This document shows, piece by piece, positions 49,676 through 63,998 of a stretch of DNA of 64,000 bases; within the stretch, counting starts at the first letter, position 1, and each line of letters opens with the position of its first letter. Both the position numbers and the translations under genes were made by a program. The notes beneath the pieces were generated by a model that did not search any database, was not told the origin of the DNA, and saw only the letters and a list, made by a program, of their open reading frames with translations. The DNA is from Octopus bimaculoides (lineage: Eukaryota). The stretch covers positions 7,739,012-7,803,011 of the forward strand of contig NC_068996.1 in the NCBI RefSeq assembly GCF_001194135.2. The letters are read 5' to 3'.

Positions 49676-50031
49676 ATCATCATCATCATCGTTTAACGTC
49701 CGCTTTCCATGCTAGCATGGGTTGGACGATTTGACTGAGGACTGGTGAAACCGGATGGCTACACCAGGCTCCAATCTAATTTGGCAGAGTTTCTACAGCT
49801 GGATGCCCTTCCTAATGGCAACCATTAGTGGGTGCTTTTACGTATCACCCGCACGAAAACAGCCATGCTCGAAATGGTGTCTTTTATGTGCCACCCGCAC
49901 AAGAGCCAGTCCAGGGGCACTGGCAACGATCTCGCTCGAAAACCCTACAAAGGCCAGTCAGGCGGTACTGGCAACGGTCACACTCAAGATGATACATCTT
50001 ATGTGCCACCCGCACAAGAGCCAGTCCAGGG
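49676..50031 (-). mobile_element. Young RTE 3'UTR copy with internal tandem units, running into a gap
   Basis: Near-identical to 61186-61486; repeated gtgccacccgcacaagagccagtccagggg. Confidence 0.85.
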
Positions 50032-50915
50032 NNNNNNNNNNNNNNNNNNNNNNNNNNNNNNNNNNNNNNNNNNNNNNNNNNNNNNNNNNNNNNNNNNNNN
50101 NNNNNNNNNNNNNNNNNNNNNNNNNNNNNNNNNNNNNNNNNNNNNNNNNNNNNNNNNNNNNNNNNNNNNNNNNNNNNNNNNNNNNNNNNNNNNNNNNNNN
50201 NNNNNNNNNNNNNNNNNNNNNNNNNNNNNNNNNNNNNNNNNNNNNNNNNNNNNNNNNNNNNNNNNNNNNNNNNNNNNNNNNNNNNNNNNNNNNNNNNNNN
50301 NNNNNNNNNNNNNNNNNNNNNNNNNNNNNNNNNNNNNNNNNNNNNNNNNNNNNNNNNNNNNNNNNNNNNNNNNNNNNNNNNNNNNNNNNNNNNNNNNNNN
50401 NNNNNNNNNNNNNNNNNNNNNNNNNNNNNNNNNNNNNNNNNNNNNNNNNNNNNNNNNNNNNNNNNNNNNNNNNNNNNNNNNNNNNNNNNNNNNNNNNNNN
50501 NNNNNNNNNNNNNNNNNNNNNNNNNNNNNNNNNNNNNNNNNNNNNNNNNNNNNNNNNNNNNNNNNNNNNNNNNNNNNNNNNNNNNNNNNNNNNNNNNNNN
50601 NNNNNNNNNNNNNNNNNNNNNNNNNNNNNNNNNNNNNNNNNNNNNNNNNNNNATTCATACACATACACACACGTACACAGTTCAAATTTGCAGAAAATAA
50701 AAGACAAAGACAGGTGAAGAAACTACAAGCAGATCTATTAGTTTAGAGCTCAGGGAGAATGAAAAAGTCTGACATTTCAAGCCTATGCTCTTCAGCAGAA
50801 AGGATTGAGACAAAAAAAAAATGGAGAGAGAATGAAAAAAATGGAAAGGGAAAAATATGTGTAGGGTTTAACAGCAGAAGATGATGAAATGGCCAAAAGA
50901 AAGAGGCTGAGCGCG

Positions 50916-50949
<34 letters not shown>

Positions 50950-51294
50950 CACACACACACACGTACATACACACTACATACATACACTGCACTATACACA
51001 ATCATTTTAATGTACACTTTTCCATGCATGCATGGGTTAGGCAGTATTTGTGAAAGGATATTTTCTAAAGATAGATTCCCTTCTTGACCAACCTTCACTT
51101 ATTTCCAATCAAGGCAATTTTTCCCCAAGGCTGGACATGTTTTCCCTAAAAGATGGGAAATAAATGATACCACTTGCATAATAGCAACACCCATTTTATA
51201 AGTATTGTGTGATATCATGATAAAGAAGTACACATACATGTATGTGTCTGTGTGTGTGTGTGTGTGTATATACACACACACACACACACACATT

Positions 51295-52270
51295 CAATTT
51301 ATGATGGAATATAGCTACCAGCAACTTCTATTCCTCGACATCCTCATTAAGAAATCCAACAACAAAATAGAAACAGACATATACTATAAGCCCGCATACT
51401 CCAAGCAATATCTGCCATTCAACTCATGCCACCCCAGACACACTAGAATGACTATCCCTTACAACCTGGCAAAAAGGATTTGTATCTGATACAAGCAGCA
51501 GGGAGACAACTACATGAGCTAAAGGATACACTCATCAGCAGGAACTACCCACCATCACTAATTGATATAGGCTTTCAACGTGCCCTACAATTCAACATAT
51601 ATGAACTCAGACACCCAAGACTAAAGAAGGATTTACAATCAAAAACCCTACTATATATATCCACGCACAACCCCTTAAACAATGAGGCTTTCAACATCAT
51701 CCTTCAGAACATCCCTTTACTAAAAGGGGACCATAGAATGGATCAAATCCTCCAAACGCACACTATCATAAAACGCAAAAGACAACACAAGTCAATGAAA
51801 AATCTTCTAACATAGGCCTAAGTACAATTGTCAACAACATTGAAACCGACAGTAAAAAAAATGCAGAAGACCTAACTGGTATGTGTGTCAACCTAATTGA
51901 AGGATTGGAATTCTCCTTCAAACAGGGTCAACGGTTTACAGTGAAAAACAACTTTACATGTGCTTCGAAAAACCTAATATATATATATTAATTTGCTCAG
52001 AGTGTCAAGAACAATATATTGGTCAAATTAAAAACAGTCTACATCAGAGGATGACGGTACATAGATCCCAGATTAAAATACAATACAGAAAAATAAGATT
52101 AGCGAGCACATCGATATTTGCATCACTAATGAACAACCCAACTTTGGAATTTTTTCCCCTCTCTAAATTCAGGGACAATGCAACCCATAATCAGTGCATT
52201 AGCAAAGAAGCATATTTTATCACAAAATATAAACCTATTTTGAATGCCGCTACCACCACAGATGAAACTA
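51295..52270 (+). mobile_element. Degenerate Penelope-like element (RT thumb and GIY-YIG endonuclease)
   Basis: FLDILIKKSNNKIETDIYYKP..QYLPFNSCHP..IPYNLAKRI; LISRNYP; IYILICSECQEQYIGQIKNSLHQRMTVHRS..FITKYKPILN. Frameshifted. Confidence 0.9.
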
Positions 52271-52908
52271 CTACAAGTATTTAGAACATTTCCAACCACT
52301 ACTGCTACGACCACAACATGTCACTTTTAGGTCATTTGACAATTAAAGAAGATTCCACAGACAATTTACTGTCACAGCACTCCTGTATTTTTCATTTCTT
52401 TTCTTTCTCCATTTCCTCTTTCTCCTCCCCTTCAAGACAATTTTTTCCCCCAATTTAACTGTCTTATTTTACTCCTAGTTGAAAAGTCTAAAAAATGGAA
52501 ACCAGTATTAAAATGTACTCCATGATAAAATTATTTTAGCATTTTCAACCTTGTCTTATTTTCCTTTAGATGGGCCTTTATACCTGAAATATAAAGGTTT
52601 TAGAAAACTTTTGGCATTGTCAGAAGCTTTCTATTTTCTTTCACTTTTACACTTTATATATATATATATATATATATAAATTAAACTTTCAAGCACTGAG
52701 ATTTGAAATCTCATGTTACTACTGTTCATATCATCTGTGGATAAATTTTAAAACTGATGATATCACCAGCAGTGACATAGGTGGATTGCAGGCACAACAG
52801 CATTAAATAGCTATGAATTATAAATTTGCACAAAGCGTAATGATGCTTAACAAGCATCTACCTGCTTGAAATAAGAGCTAAAGTCTTATATTAATCCACA
52901 GTAGTGCA

Positions 52909-52911
<3 letters not shown>

Positions 52912-52984
<73 letters not shown>
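52912..52984. repeat. (TA)n microsatellite
   Basis: Directly visible. Confidence 0.95.
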
Positions 52985-52989
<5 letters not shown>

Positions 52990-53774
52990 TATGTCCACTT
53001 TTGCATTTGTGTGTGTACTACACACATGCATGGCTTCTTTCAATTTCTGTCAAGCAAGGCTACTCACAGATCTAGGGCTGTAGTAGAAGTTACTTGGCCA
53101 AAGTACTACAGAGTGGGACTAAACCTGAAATACCATGCAACTGGGAAGTGAACTTCAAGACACACCAATGCATGAACCTAGTTGTGTGTGTGTGTGTGTG
53201 GGGGGGGGATATATTAATTATACAATGGATTGTTAGTAAATTACTTATGCATGTGATAATGTACAGCACCAATGACACTAAAGGCTAACAGGAATTTGTA
53301 ATGCAAAACCTTTTAATCCAACTAAACTGGTTCCTTATTGAGATTGCCCAGTGAAAAGGGTGGGTGGCCACTCATATGCAGGATTAATAAGCAAAACCTA
53401 TGAAGAGTGGATGAACTTCCTTAAGAGCCAACCTCACCCATATTCTGAAGAGGAGATGGGAGCCACCAGGATTAGCAATCACAAGCTGAAGTTACACCGA
53501 TATTCAATTTTATACAACCAGTCAAATAAAAGAATAAAAGAAACTAGACTGAGAAGGGTGAGAAATATCTATCATCTGTTTTGGTCATTAGACTGTGGCC
53601 ATGCTGGGGCACTGCTTTGAACTTTTAGTCGAATGAATTGACCCCAGTACTTATTCTGTCAATCTCTTTGCTGAACCACTAAATTACTGGGATATAAACA
53701 CACCAACACTAGTTGTTAAAAGTGGGGGGGGGGACACTGACACACACAAACCCATATAGTGAGTCAAGTACATC

Positions 53775-54300
53775 AAAATCAAATCAAACCACAATCAAAT
53801 GGAAATTGTAGTTGTGGCTGATGCCAGTGCCACCTGACTGACTCCCATGCTGGTGGCACGCAATAAGCACCATCCATGCATAGGTCATTGCCAGTACCAC
53901 CTGACTGGCTCCCCATGCCGATGGCACGTAAAAAGCACCATCCAAACATGGTCAATGCCAGCGCCCTCATCCCAACTGGCTCCTGTGCCAGTGGCACGTA
54001 AAAAGCACCATCTGAACGTGGCTGATGCCAGCACTGTCTGACTGGTTCCCATACCGGTGGCACATAAAAGGCACCATCCAAATGTGGTCAATGCCTCTTC
54101 TCGCCCTGACTGGCTCATATACTGGTGGCATGTAAAAAGCACCCACTACACTCAGAGTGGTTGGCGTTAGGAAGGGCATCCAGCTGTAGAAACATTGCCA
54201 GATCAGATTGGAGCGTGGTGCGGCCTCCTGGCTTGCCAAACCCCAGTCAAACCATCCAACCCATGCCAGCATGGAAAACAGACATTAAATGACGATGATT
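53775..54300 (+). mobile_element. RTE 3'UTR copy with expanded VNTR of about 60-bp units
   Basis: About 5-6 units of gtggcacgtaaaaagcaccatcc..tgccag..ctgactggctcc, then taaaaagcacccactacactc..ttaaatgacgatgat. Confidence 0.85.
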
Positions 54301-55116
54301 TTCTATTCAGTATCTCATGCATAATCATAGATATAAGATATACTGACAATCAAACTACATTTATCAGAGGAGGTGGAGCAGAACAGATATTTTGCAATAG
54401 AGGAGTGACATGCCAACTCATTTTAGAAGAGAGGGGGGTGGAAGTGATTGGGTGGGAATGGTTTGGTGGAGCTGAAAAGTGACACAAATGAGTGTTGATG
54501 AGGTGTCAGGGTGCACCTTCAAGATAAGTAGGAATCAGTTGTGCAGAGGAGCCTGGAAGGACTGGGGGAGTAAGGAGAAGGATAATGTGAGTGTGTATTT
54601 CTTTGGTGCAGTATGGCTTAATGGTTAAGGTCTGTGGAATACTCAGCCACTTACACATTAATTCAAGTGCAGGTTATCTGGTTGGTCAAGTAATTTCATT
54701 TTCTATGTCAAATAGATCTTCATGTGTGTGTGTGAGAGATTTTATTGACAGTAACTTTGAAGTTACACTGAATATATGGTTTATTCAGTTTGAATAAACC
54801 ACATATTGGGTGAGATTTAATAAAATCCCAATTAACTTCACACTGCAGCAGGTAATTTATTTAGGCAATATTCTTTGTTTTTAAGCATATAAAATTCATT
54901 TTGATATTATATATATAACACCTGTGGTAGAATGGGGGCAGCTGATGAAGGAGATGTTCTCTGTGTTTTCTGTACTCGTTTATCATTTTGTCTACAATTT
55001 GTTTGCAATGTCCTGTACCCAGATATGCATCTATATATACATGTAGGTGTAAGTATGTACATACATGTACGTATATATGCATATACTCATTTATGATTTG
55101 TTTTTTATATATATAT

Positions 55117-55164
<48 letters not shown>

Positions 55165-55567
55165 AAGATATATGTATATGTAAGTAAAAGGCTGATGAAA
55201 TAAAGAACTAGTTAAGTACCTGGGGTTGATGTAATCGACAAGTCCCACTCCTACAACTCCAAAATTTCAGGCCTTGTGCCTCGCGTAGAAAAGGATATAA
55301 TACATTATGAGCTTCCCTACTGTTTTATTCTACCAAATCCTACTTGCAGGGCATTCTAAGATTATAGAAGATAATTTGCTTTTACTTCCTGAGTCTGGAA
55401 GGAGAAGCAGCACCCAGAACCTCTACAGCAACTATGACAAAACAATGTAACAACTACCACACTATGGGATCAAACTCAGAACGGTGAGCTTGCAAAGCAT
55501 ACATTTTTAACCACACAGCCTTGAGAACAATCTGAAGAACAATGCCACTTTCTGTTTTCCTCACACT

Positions 55568-55602
<35 letters not shown>

Positions 55603-56419
55603 AAAAGCTACACAGTATTAAATTCTTCACTCCTCAGAAAATATACATGATAATTAAACTTCCCAAACTCCTTAATGAACTATTATGGAATAATTGTTCC
55701 TGACCCAGACATCACCAATTTTCTTTAGACTCCATGATACCTACACGCCTCCCTGTAACTATTACATATCCAATACATATATTTATTCATGCTACCATGT
55801 GCGTGATGGTTTATTTGTTCAAGCAATTATCTTTACAGCTGGATGCTCTTCCTATTTTTAATTACTTGACTGAAATGAAAATGGTGGAACATTCCTATTT
55901 TTTTTCTTGATTACTTTTTTTTTTATTATTATTTATTCAGTCCTACAATCTTGAATGATAAGTAGTTTGTTTGCTCAGAAATACAATAAAATGCATTTGT
56001 ATATGCATGTGTGTGTTGCATGTGCATATGCCTGCACATGTGTATTATATAAAATGGCTGCCTGGTTAAGAAGTTTACTTCCCAACTATGCAGTATCAGG
56101 TTCAGTTCCACTACTTGGTATCTTGTATCTTCTACATTAGAACCAAGCTAACCAAAGCCTTGTTAGTGAATCTCGTAGACAGAAACTGAAAAATAACTCA
56201 TGTGTGTACATTATTTTTATTTATTTATATATATATATACACACACATACGACAGGCTGCTTTCAGCTTCTGTCTACCAATCCACTCACACAGTTTTGAT
56301 TGGCCCAAGACTATAGAAGACACTTGCCCAAGGTGCCACACAGTGGGATGAACCCGAAACTGTGGTTGTGAAGCAAGCTTCTTATCACACTGTCATGCCT
56401 GCACCTCCACACAGAAAAT

Positions 56420-56454
<35 letters not shown>

Positions 56455-56935
56455 AAGGCACATGGCTTAGTGGTTAAGGTGTTGCACACACAATTGTGAG
56501 ATCATGGTTTCGATTCCTAGACTAGATGGTGCATTGTGTTCTTGAGCAAAACACTTCATCTCATGTTGCTGAGTGATCATTTTGTCATCTGACATGTATG
56601 TCATGCACCTACACAGGTAATGTCCATTTTATGGAGGAAGTGATCACTATAAACAAATCATCCATGCAGTTGTTTGGCAAGACATCATTTAATTATAGGA
56701 GAGTCCATGAAGTAGGTAGGTGTGGATATGCATGTTTGCCCCCCACCTACTGGTTGACAAGCAGTGGAGATTTGTTTACAGCACCCCTCCCCCCCATAGC
56801 TTAGTAGTGTGGTAAAACAGACTGATTGAATAAGCACAAAGCTTAAGAATAATTACTGGGGTTGATTTCCTCAATTAAACCTTTCATGGTGGTGCCCCAG
56901 CATGGCTGCAATTTAATGACCAAAACAAGTATAAG
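56455..56935 (+). mobile_element. tRNA-derived SINE, family C
   Basis: ggcacatggcttagtggttaagg..ggtttcgattcc head and gttcttgagcaaaacact core; related copy at about 47375-47695. Confidence 0.65.
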
Positions 56936-57479
56936 ATGAAATGCACATCTTAACAGTTCCACCACCATCACATGATGGACTAACAACAAAGTCAATATCA
57001 ACCAAGCAGGAATTCAATTCAAAATACAAAATGAAGGAAACAAAATTATTCTAAGACATTTAATACAGAACAAGTATTTCTAAATATTCCTTCAACTCCT
57101 TCACCAAAACATTTGTAGAATTTCTTGCTACCAATATTTTTCTGACAAAAGTTCAAACTGTAAATCAATAGTATTGACCACATTAAGCTGCTCTATTTCA
57201 TTTCAACTTAGTAACAACAAAAATATTTCTTTTAATAGCCACAGGGGCATAGATGAGAGGGACATCACAAGTACAGACAATTTTTTTTTTTTGGGGGGGG
57301 GGGGTATTTACATAAGGAATGGGGTGAAAGAAATGGAAAAGACAGCGAAATATGATAAAAATATACATAATATACAAAGTATGTGATAACATAAATGATA
57401 CAGTCCACCTGATACAGGAGACACTCCAACTAGGGCCAATCAAGGAACCCCATAGACCCAGGATTACTCTAACCAAAGG

Positions 57480-58330
57480 TATGAGCCCTCTCTCCTGCTC
57501 TCTAATCTATAAGCACATACTTAGAGTAAAGCCAATTAATCTAACCATTGCTTTCCAAGTGGAACTTGAAAAGAGTAAATGAGGGCTTGACTGAAGAGAA
57601 AGATGTGTTTCTTCAATCCTTTTAGCTTTGTTCACCACACAACCTTTTTTACCATAGCCCCTAGACAGAGGAACACTGCTTTCCCTGCCTTGTTAAATGT
57701 GGGTGGTAGGGCAATCCTCATCATGCATTCAGTCAACAGTCAGATTCGTCTCACATGTTCTAACAACTGTTCGACATAACTCCACAAATCAGTAATACAT
57801 GGACACTGCACAAGCACATACAGAATGGTTTTGTTGCTTTGTATACATCTCAGATAGCCATGCCTGATGGTGCTTCTGTGCCTGTAGAATTTATCTCAAA
57901 CTGGTAGTGCTCCTTAGTTGAACTGCCAGATCAGAGATTTTTGAAAGTTATTCACAGTAGAACCAGGCCTGAAAGTGCTTCAAAATAGAGCAGTTCATCT
58001 TCATCAACACTTAGAGTTTCCCCGAGAACATTATTGCTCTTACCTTCCACTAGATTTCTATATATTGCTACCATAGAACTTCCACCAACCATATTGCCTG
58101 ACTGGTAGAGAATAGAGAGTATCTGATGACATTCCAGATGCCAGGCACCTAATCTTGGCCTTTTCTTGACCCAGGATTACAGTTCCATCATAAAGATGAT
58201 CTGTAGAAAAGTGTGTCTTACAAACGGAGACTACACCAGCTCATCATCCAGTAAAATCTATGAGTGGTGAAGCCACAGTTCATGTCTGCATATTAGCAAC
58301 CCTAGCATGCCATGTCTGCCACCCACAGGG
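57480..58330 (-). mobile_element. Highly degenerate L1/Tx1-like LINE 3' region (zf-RVT)
   Basis: Reverse translation gives NFQKSLIWQ..GALPV*DK..LRCIQSNKTILYVLVQCPCITDLWSYVEQLL, resembling the W..GALP.R..C..C..ET..H....C motif. Confidence 0.55.
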
Positions 58331-59231
58331 CACTGGCAATAACAATAATCCTTCCTACAATTGGTACAAGGCCTAGAATTATGAAGAGGGAGCTAGTTGA
58401 TTATATCGAGGTAACATGCCCAACTGGTGCTTATTTTATTGACCCTGAAAGTCAACCTTAGGGGAATTTGAACTCAATGGCATTTTTTCCAGCTTTAAAA
58501 TCTTCATTACAATCTAAGCATTTAGTCCAGCATTTTCATGATTCTGCCAGCTTTCTACTTTACTTTCAAATTTTGGCACAAAGCCAGCAATTTTAGGGCC
58601 AGTGGATAAAAGTTGATTACATCAATCCAAGTGCTGTACAACCAGTATTTTATTGAGTAGAATTTGACCTCATAACAAAGAGCCAGAAATAATGTCGCAA
58701 AGCATTTTGTCCAATGCACTAATGATTCTGCTAGCTCACTGCCTTAATAACAATGATTTTCTGGCAGGAAAACAGATGAAGGGGTCAATAAAAAGGCAGA
58801 CATAAATTGTAGGGGTCTACATAGAATCAAATAAAGAAAAAAAAATGAAATATAAATAAATATACATTCTATACAATATTATGATGGTGACGTCTACAAT
58901 ATGATTTCAGTCCTCTTGATACAAAAGGACCTCCATTTAGGATCAGTTGAAGTCTCCCCCCCCCCACTGTCCAAGATTTCCCTGAACCCTAATGGCAAGA
59001 GCCATCACAAAGTGTCATCCTCTAGTTTACATCCACACTTGACAATGTTTGTCACTTTTACTCATCTTTCAATTAACTCAAGGGCAGCACCTCTTTCTCT
59101 ACTCTTACCTTTTTAAGTGAATATGAAAAAAAACAAAAAAACCAATGAGAGCTCAACAAAAGCATAATGTCTGTTCTCCGACATTTCAACTTCAGGCTAA
59201 CAGTTCTGCCAGCTCACCAACTGTCTTCAAC

Positions 59232-59745
59232 ATCATTTAACATCTGTTGTCCATGCTGCCATGGACTGGACAGTTTGACCAGAGCTGGCAAGCTGAGGAG
59301 CTGTACCTGATTTGGCAGGGTTTCTACAGCTGGATGCCCTCCCTAATGCCAACGACTTTACAGAGTGTACTGGTTGCTTTTACATGGCACCACAAGTGCT
59401 TTTATGTGGAACCACAAAAAGTGCTTTGCACCACCAGCAGGATTGGTCTTAGCACTTCTGCTGTGGGGTACAGGTCTTCTTGAGTATGGCCAGGTGCCAG
59501 GTGTCTCCATCCTTTGTCATCTTGCCTGAAAGGTTTAGCTTCCTGAAAGGTTGTTCATCAGTATTTCATCCCATGACTTTCTGGATCTCCCACTTTCATG
59601 TGCTCCATCCACTTTGAAAGATTGGCGCTTCTTTGAGTTGTTGGCATCCATCTGCATCATATGACCAAACCAGTGCAGTCTTCTCTCTTGCACACAGCAA
59701 CCAATTCCTCTTATGCCTAACCTCTCTCTCAGAACACTGGCACAC
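59232..59745 (-). mobile_element. Older RTE LINE 3' end
   Basis: VLRERLGIRGIGCCVQERRLHWFGHMMQMD..GRSRKSWDE plus a degenerate 3'UTR. Confidence 0.8.
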
Positions 59746-60167
59746 CTAATTAATAATAATAGGTTACATATTGATTTTATCTGCAGCAACAAATTTCTCA
59801 CTGCAAAAAACATTTTTTTTTAAAAATAAAACAGGCAATTAACCATATACAGTTCAAACATAGAAAACATTTATAAAAGGCCTGTTTTTACATGGTTAAT
59901 ATGTCCATGAATTGGTTATTTCATTTATAAATAAAACATTAGGTTAGATGCTCAAATCCGGTTCAAATGGGGTAGCAGAAAAAAAACATTTGTGAAAGAA
60001 AGAGACTATTGCCAAAAGAAATATTTTTTAAATTTTCAATTTTTGTAATATAGAGATGACAAATGTCACTATTGTAGAGTCTTTCCTGAAACATATCAAT
60101 ATTGTTTTGGAATATACTATGTAATGTTGCCAGCAATATTTTGTAAATTAATATAGGAAAGTCGTTT

Positions 60168-60206
<39 letters not shown>

Positions 60207-61185
60207 CTAGCCATAAAATTTCAACAGTTTCAAGGAAAAATGCTCTCTGGTGTTCATACAAGAAAATGACAGGAAAATACTTTGTTTCTTCAGCTTCAAA
60301 GAGACCATCAAATGGGATATAATAAAACTGACATCATTCTCCATGACAAAAATGACAATAGCGTTTTAATTATAGACTTAAACACAGCAATGTCAAATAA
60401 TTATAATGGTGAATAGAAGTGAACTGAAATTCTAAGAAATTGCACTGATCCAGGTGTGATATTAAAAAACATGACAGTTAAGGAATGTGTCTATGTATTT
60501 AGTCCACTTGTAGCAGCTACGAATGAAATTATAATCGATTATGCAAAAATACTAACAAAATTATTATATACAACAGACATGTTCCAGAGAATAGTAACAC
60601 TAAGATTTGTAGAATATTGGTCTCAAATATAGGCACAAGGTCAGCAATTTTGGGGGAGGGGACAAGTTGATTATATTGACTGGTACTTATTTTATCAAAC
60701 CTGAAAGGGTAAAAGGCAAAGTCGATCTCAGCAGAATTTGGAGTCAGAACATAAAGACAGATGAAATGCTACTAAGCATTTTGCCTTGTGTGCTACCGAT
60801 TCTGACGACTCACCACCTTTAAGATCTGTAAAATACTGTTAGGACATTGCTACACAGCACTGCTAAACTTTGGATGTTTTAGTTAACCTTAATCTTTTGA
60901 TATCAAACCACCCAAAACCGCTCCAGCTTCTTTGATACAAATTATTTTAAAATTTAAATTAAAATCTACCAAAATTTCATGTTAACCCTTTAACATTTAA
61001 GTTATTCTGTCAAATGTGATGCTTAATTTTTTTCCAATGTTTTAAGATTTTAATGCAATTTATTTTTGAACGACATTGTAGGATATGTGGGAAAGGTTGG
61101 AACAGGCTAGTTTGAACATAACACAGAATATTTGAGAAGGATATGTTAAGGGTAAACACCAGCTTGCTAATGACAGTTATTTAAC

Positions 61186-61484
61186 ATCATCATCATCATC
61201 ATCGTTTAACGTCCGCCTTCCATGCTAGCATGGGTTGGACGATTTGACTGAGGACTGGTGAAACCGGATGGCAACACCAGGCTCCAATCTAATTTGGCAG
61301 AGTTTCTACAGCTGGATGCCCTTCCTAACGCCAACCACTCAGAGAGTGTAGTGGGTGCTTTTACGTGTCACCCGCACAAAAACGGCCACGCTCGAAATGG
61401 TATCTTATGTGCCACCCGCACAAGAGCCAGTCCAGGGGCACTGGCAACGATCTCGCTCGAAAACCCTACAAAGGCCAGTCAGGC

Positions 61485-61486
<2 letters not shown>
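61186..61486 (-). mobile_element. Young RTE 3'UTR copy
   Basis: (GAT)n tail; near-identical to the 49676 copy; a further short copy at 61730-61875. Confidence 0.85.
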
Positions 61487-61529
<43 letters not shown>

Positions 61530-63347
61530 GGCTTGAATATGGTACTTATGCGAAGGCACCCGAATATCGCATCCCAAAAGGATGGCTGATTAAAAACAAA
61601 CAATAAGCAACACGGATTTCAAAAGTGATTGCAGTACGCACGTTTCATGCTACTTCAATTTATTTAAGTAATGTGAGCATTACCTTAAATGCAATATGAA
61701 GAGCAATCTTCAGATATATGTCTGTACGTATTGTCGTCGTCGTTTAACGTCCGCTTTCCATGCTAGCATGGGTTGGACGATTTGACTGAGGACTGGTGAA
61801 ACCAGATGGCTACACCAGGCTCCAATCTGATTTGGCAGTGTTTCTACAGCTGGATGCCCTTCCTAAAGCCAACCAATACATTATTTCAAAAGTAATGAAA
61901 AAAAGGCAGTGTATTTCAATAGAAAAATGGTAACTAAAGGGTTAAACATATTTACTAACCCTGAACATTCTTGTTAGTCTAAGCTTAAACATTTAACCTT
62001 GAATACTGAATGATTTGGCACGAATAGACAGAAAAACATGAAAAATAATGACAGTATTTACTATATCCAGACTAATATCTGACAGATTTCTTTTTCTTTA
62101 TTACAAATATAAGGAAACACACATTAAACTTGCTTATTAATCATGAACATTTCTATGCATGTTCTCCAAAATATACCTAATTCTTGCTGCAAGAAAGAAA
62201 TCTTAATTATCTTTAATAATACAAATAATTGTAACTTGACTGTACTCTGATACAAATACACTTTGTAGATGGATGACCTCAATACATTTCATACAATAAG
62301 TTAGAAACACTGCTACAAACAGTACACAGAGTTACTAGAGAAAGTGAGACGAGATTAAAGTTAGAAAACGAAGACTATCAAAACAACCTTGAAAATAGAT
62401 AAATTGGTTAAGAACATTAATGTCATGTTAGATAAAGAAACAGTGATAAGAGAATTAAACAAAACAGTGATAAGAGAATTAAACAAAACAGGCTGACACA
62501 GAATCAAGGAACTAGTTGGAGTGTAGCACACACAAAGAAAAGGCTATGAAGAAATAAGGACACTTCCTATTAATATGAGATCATTATTCAAAAACAGGGC
62601 TAAATGCAAACACACACACAAGCACATACATACACACACACAAAGTAACAAACATCAATACTCTAGATGTCCTTGTAATAAAGTCATAATCTTCTCAAGT
62701 TTACATTGAATGAATTAGCAAAACTAGACAGAAAAACAAGAAAAATAATGAGTGCATTTAAACTACACCAACCAATATTTGAGATCGAAAGTGTTTTTTT
62801 TTTATATCACTCATACAAGGAAACTTTGCTACATTTTTATTTATTGTCCTGCAGTGGATAAGAACAATGGAAAATTAACATAACTACAAAATATGTCTTT
62901 GTATAAATAATAGATGTATAAAGCAAAAAATAAAAGTATAAAACAAAAAATCTGGAGTTTGTTTTTATTGTTGTTTTCGTCTTCAAGGAAGCCAATAAAT
63001 ACAAACCAGAGATTGAAGTGACAAATACTTCTTAAGAGAAGGGTGTAGAATTAATGAAAAGCTAGAAACTATGCTACAGAGTTATAGAATGGCATGCCAA
63101 ATAAATGGTAAAAAGAGGCCCTAAAGATGACCAGTAACTGAAAAAACTAAACAGGGTGGAAGAAGACAAAATAAAAATTACAATAATGGTTACCAAGAAA
63201 AGAACTTAAGGATAAAACTGAAGAATTCTTGATTTTGATAGAGGATCAAAGCATCCTAATCAGAAAGTACAAAAAGTATTAAATAACTAAAGTTTAGAAG
63301 ACAACTATTATGATTATGGATTACCAGAAAATTATCAATTTAAACAG

Positions 63348-63394
<47 letters not shown>

Positions 63395-63596
63395 NNNNNN
63401 NNNNNNNNNNNNNNNNNNNNNNNNNNNNNNNNNNNNNNNNNNNNNNNNNNNNNNNNNNNNNATATCTGCATGGTTAAGAAGTTAGTTTCTGAATCCAGTA
63501 GTTTGGGGTTCAGTTCCACTGCATGGCCACTGGGAAAATTTCTTCAACAATAGCCCTGGGTCAACCTAAGCCTTGTGAGTAGGTTTGGTAGACAGA

Positions 63597-63598
<2 letters not shown>

Positions 63599-63661
<63 letters not shown>
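63599..63661. repeat. (GT)n microsatellite within a family-A SINE
   Basis: Directly visible. Confidence 0.9.
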
Positions 63662-63662
<1 letters not shown>

Positions 63663-63953
63663 AAATATGAGTTTCTATCATAATACTGTGTATTGGAAGA
63701 GTCTATATTCAGATTAATCCATCCCAAGAATAACTAATTAAATCTCTCTAGAACAGAAATAGATCTGTCAATTCAAGTTCAAATTTTAAAACAGGTAGTC
63801 CAACTAAAAACTTTATTAACACAATGTTGTCACTAGTTTATGCTGATATGAACAATCATCTGTACTGCCTTTAAATCACATTGTATATAACTATTATTAC
63901 CCATGGTTCAGACTCAGCAGTATTAGTTCAAACATCAAAATAAACACTTGTGC

Positions 63954-63998
<45 letters not shown>

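Noticed and set aside
53775-54140. CRISPR-like array
   Set aside because: Eukaryotic context, diverged contiguous units without unique spacers, and located inside an RTE UTR.
62240-62580. Very degenerate RT-like fragment with a 24-bp duplication
   Set aside because: Too decayed to assign a family with confidence.
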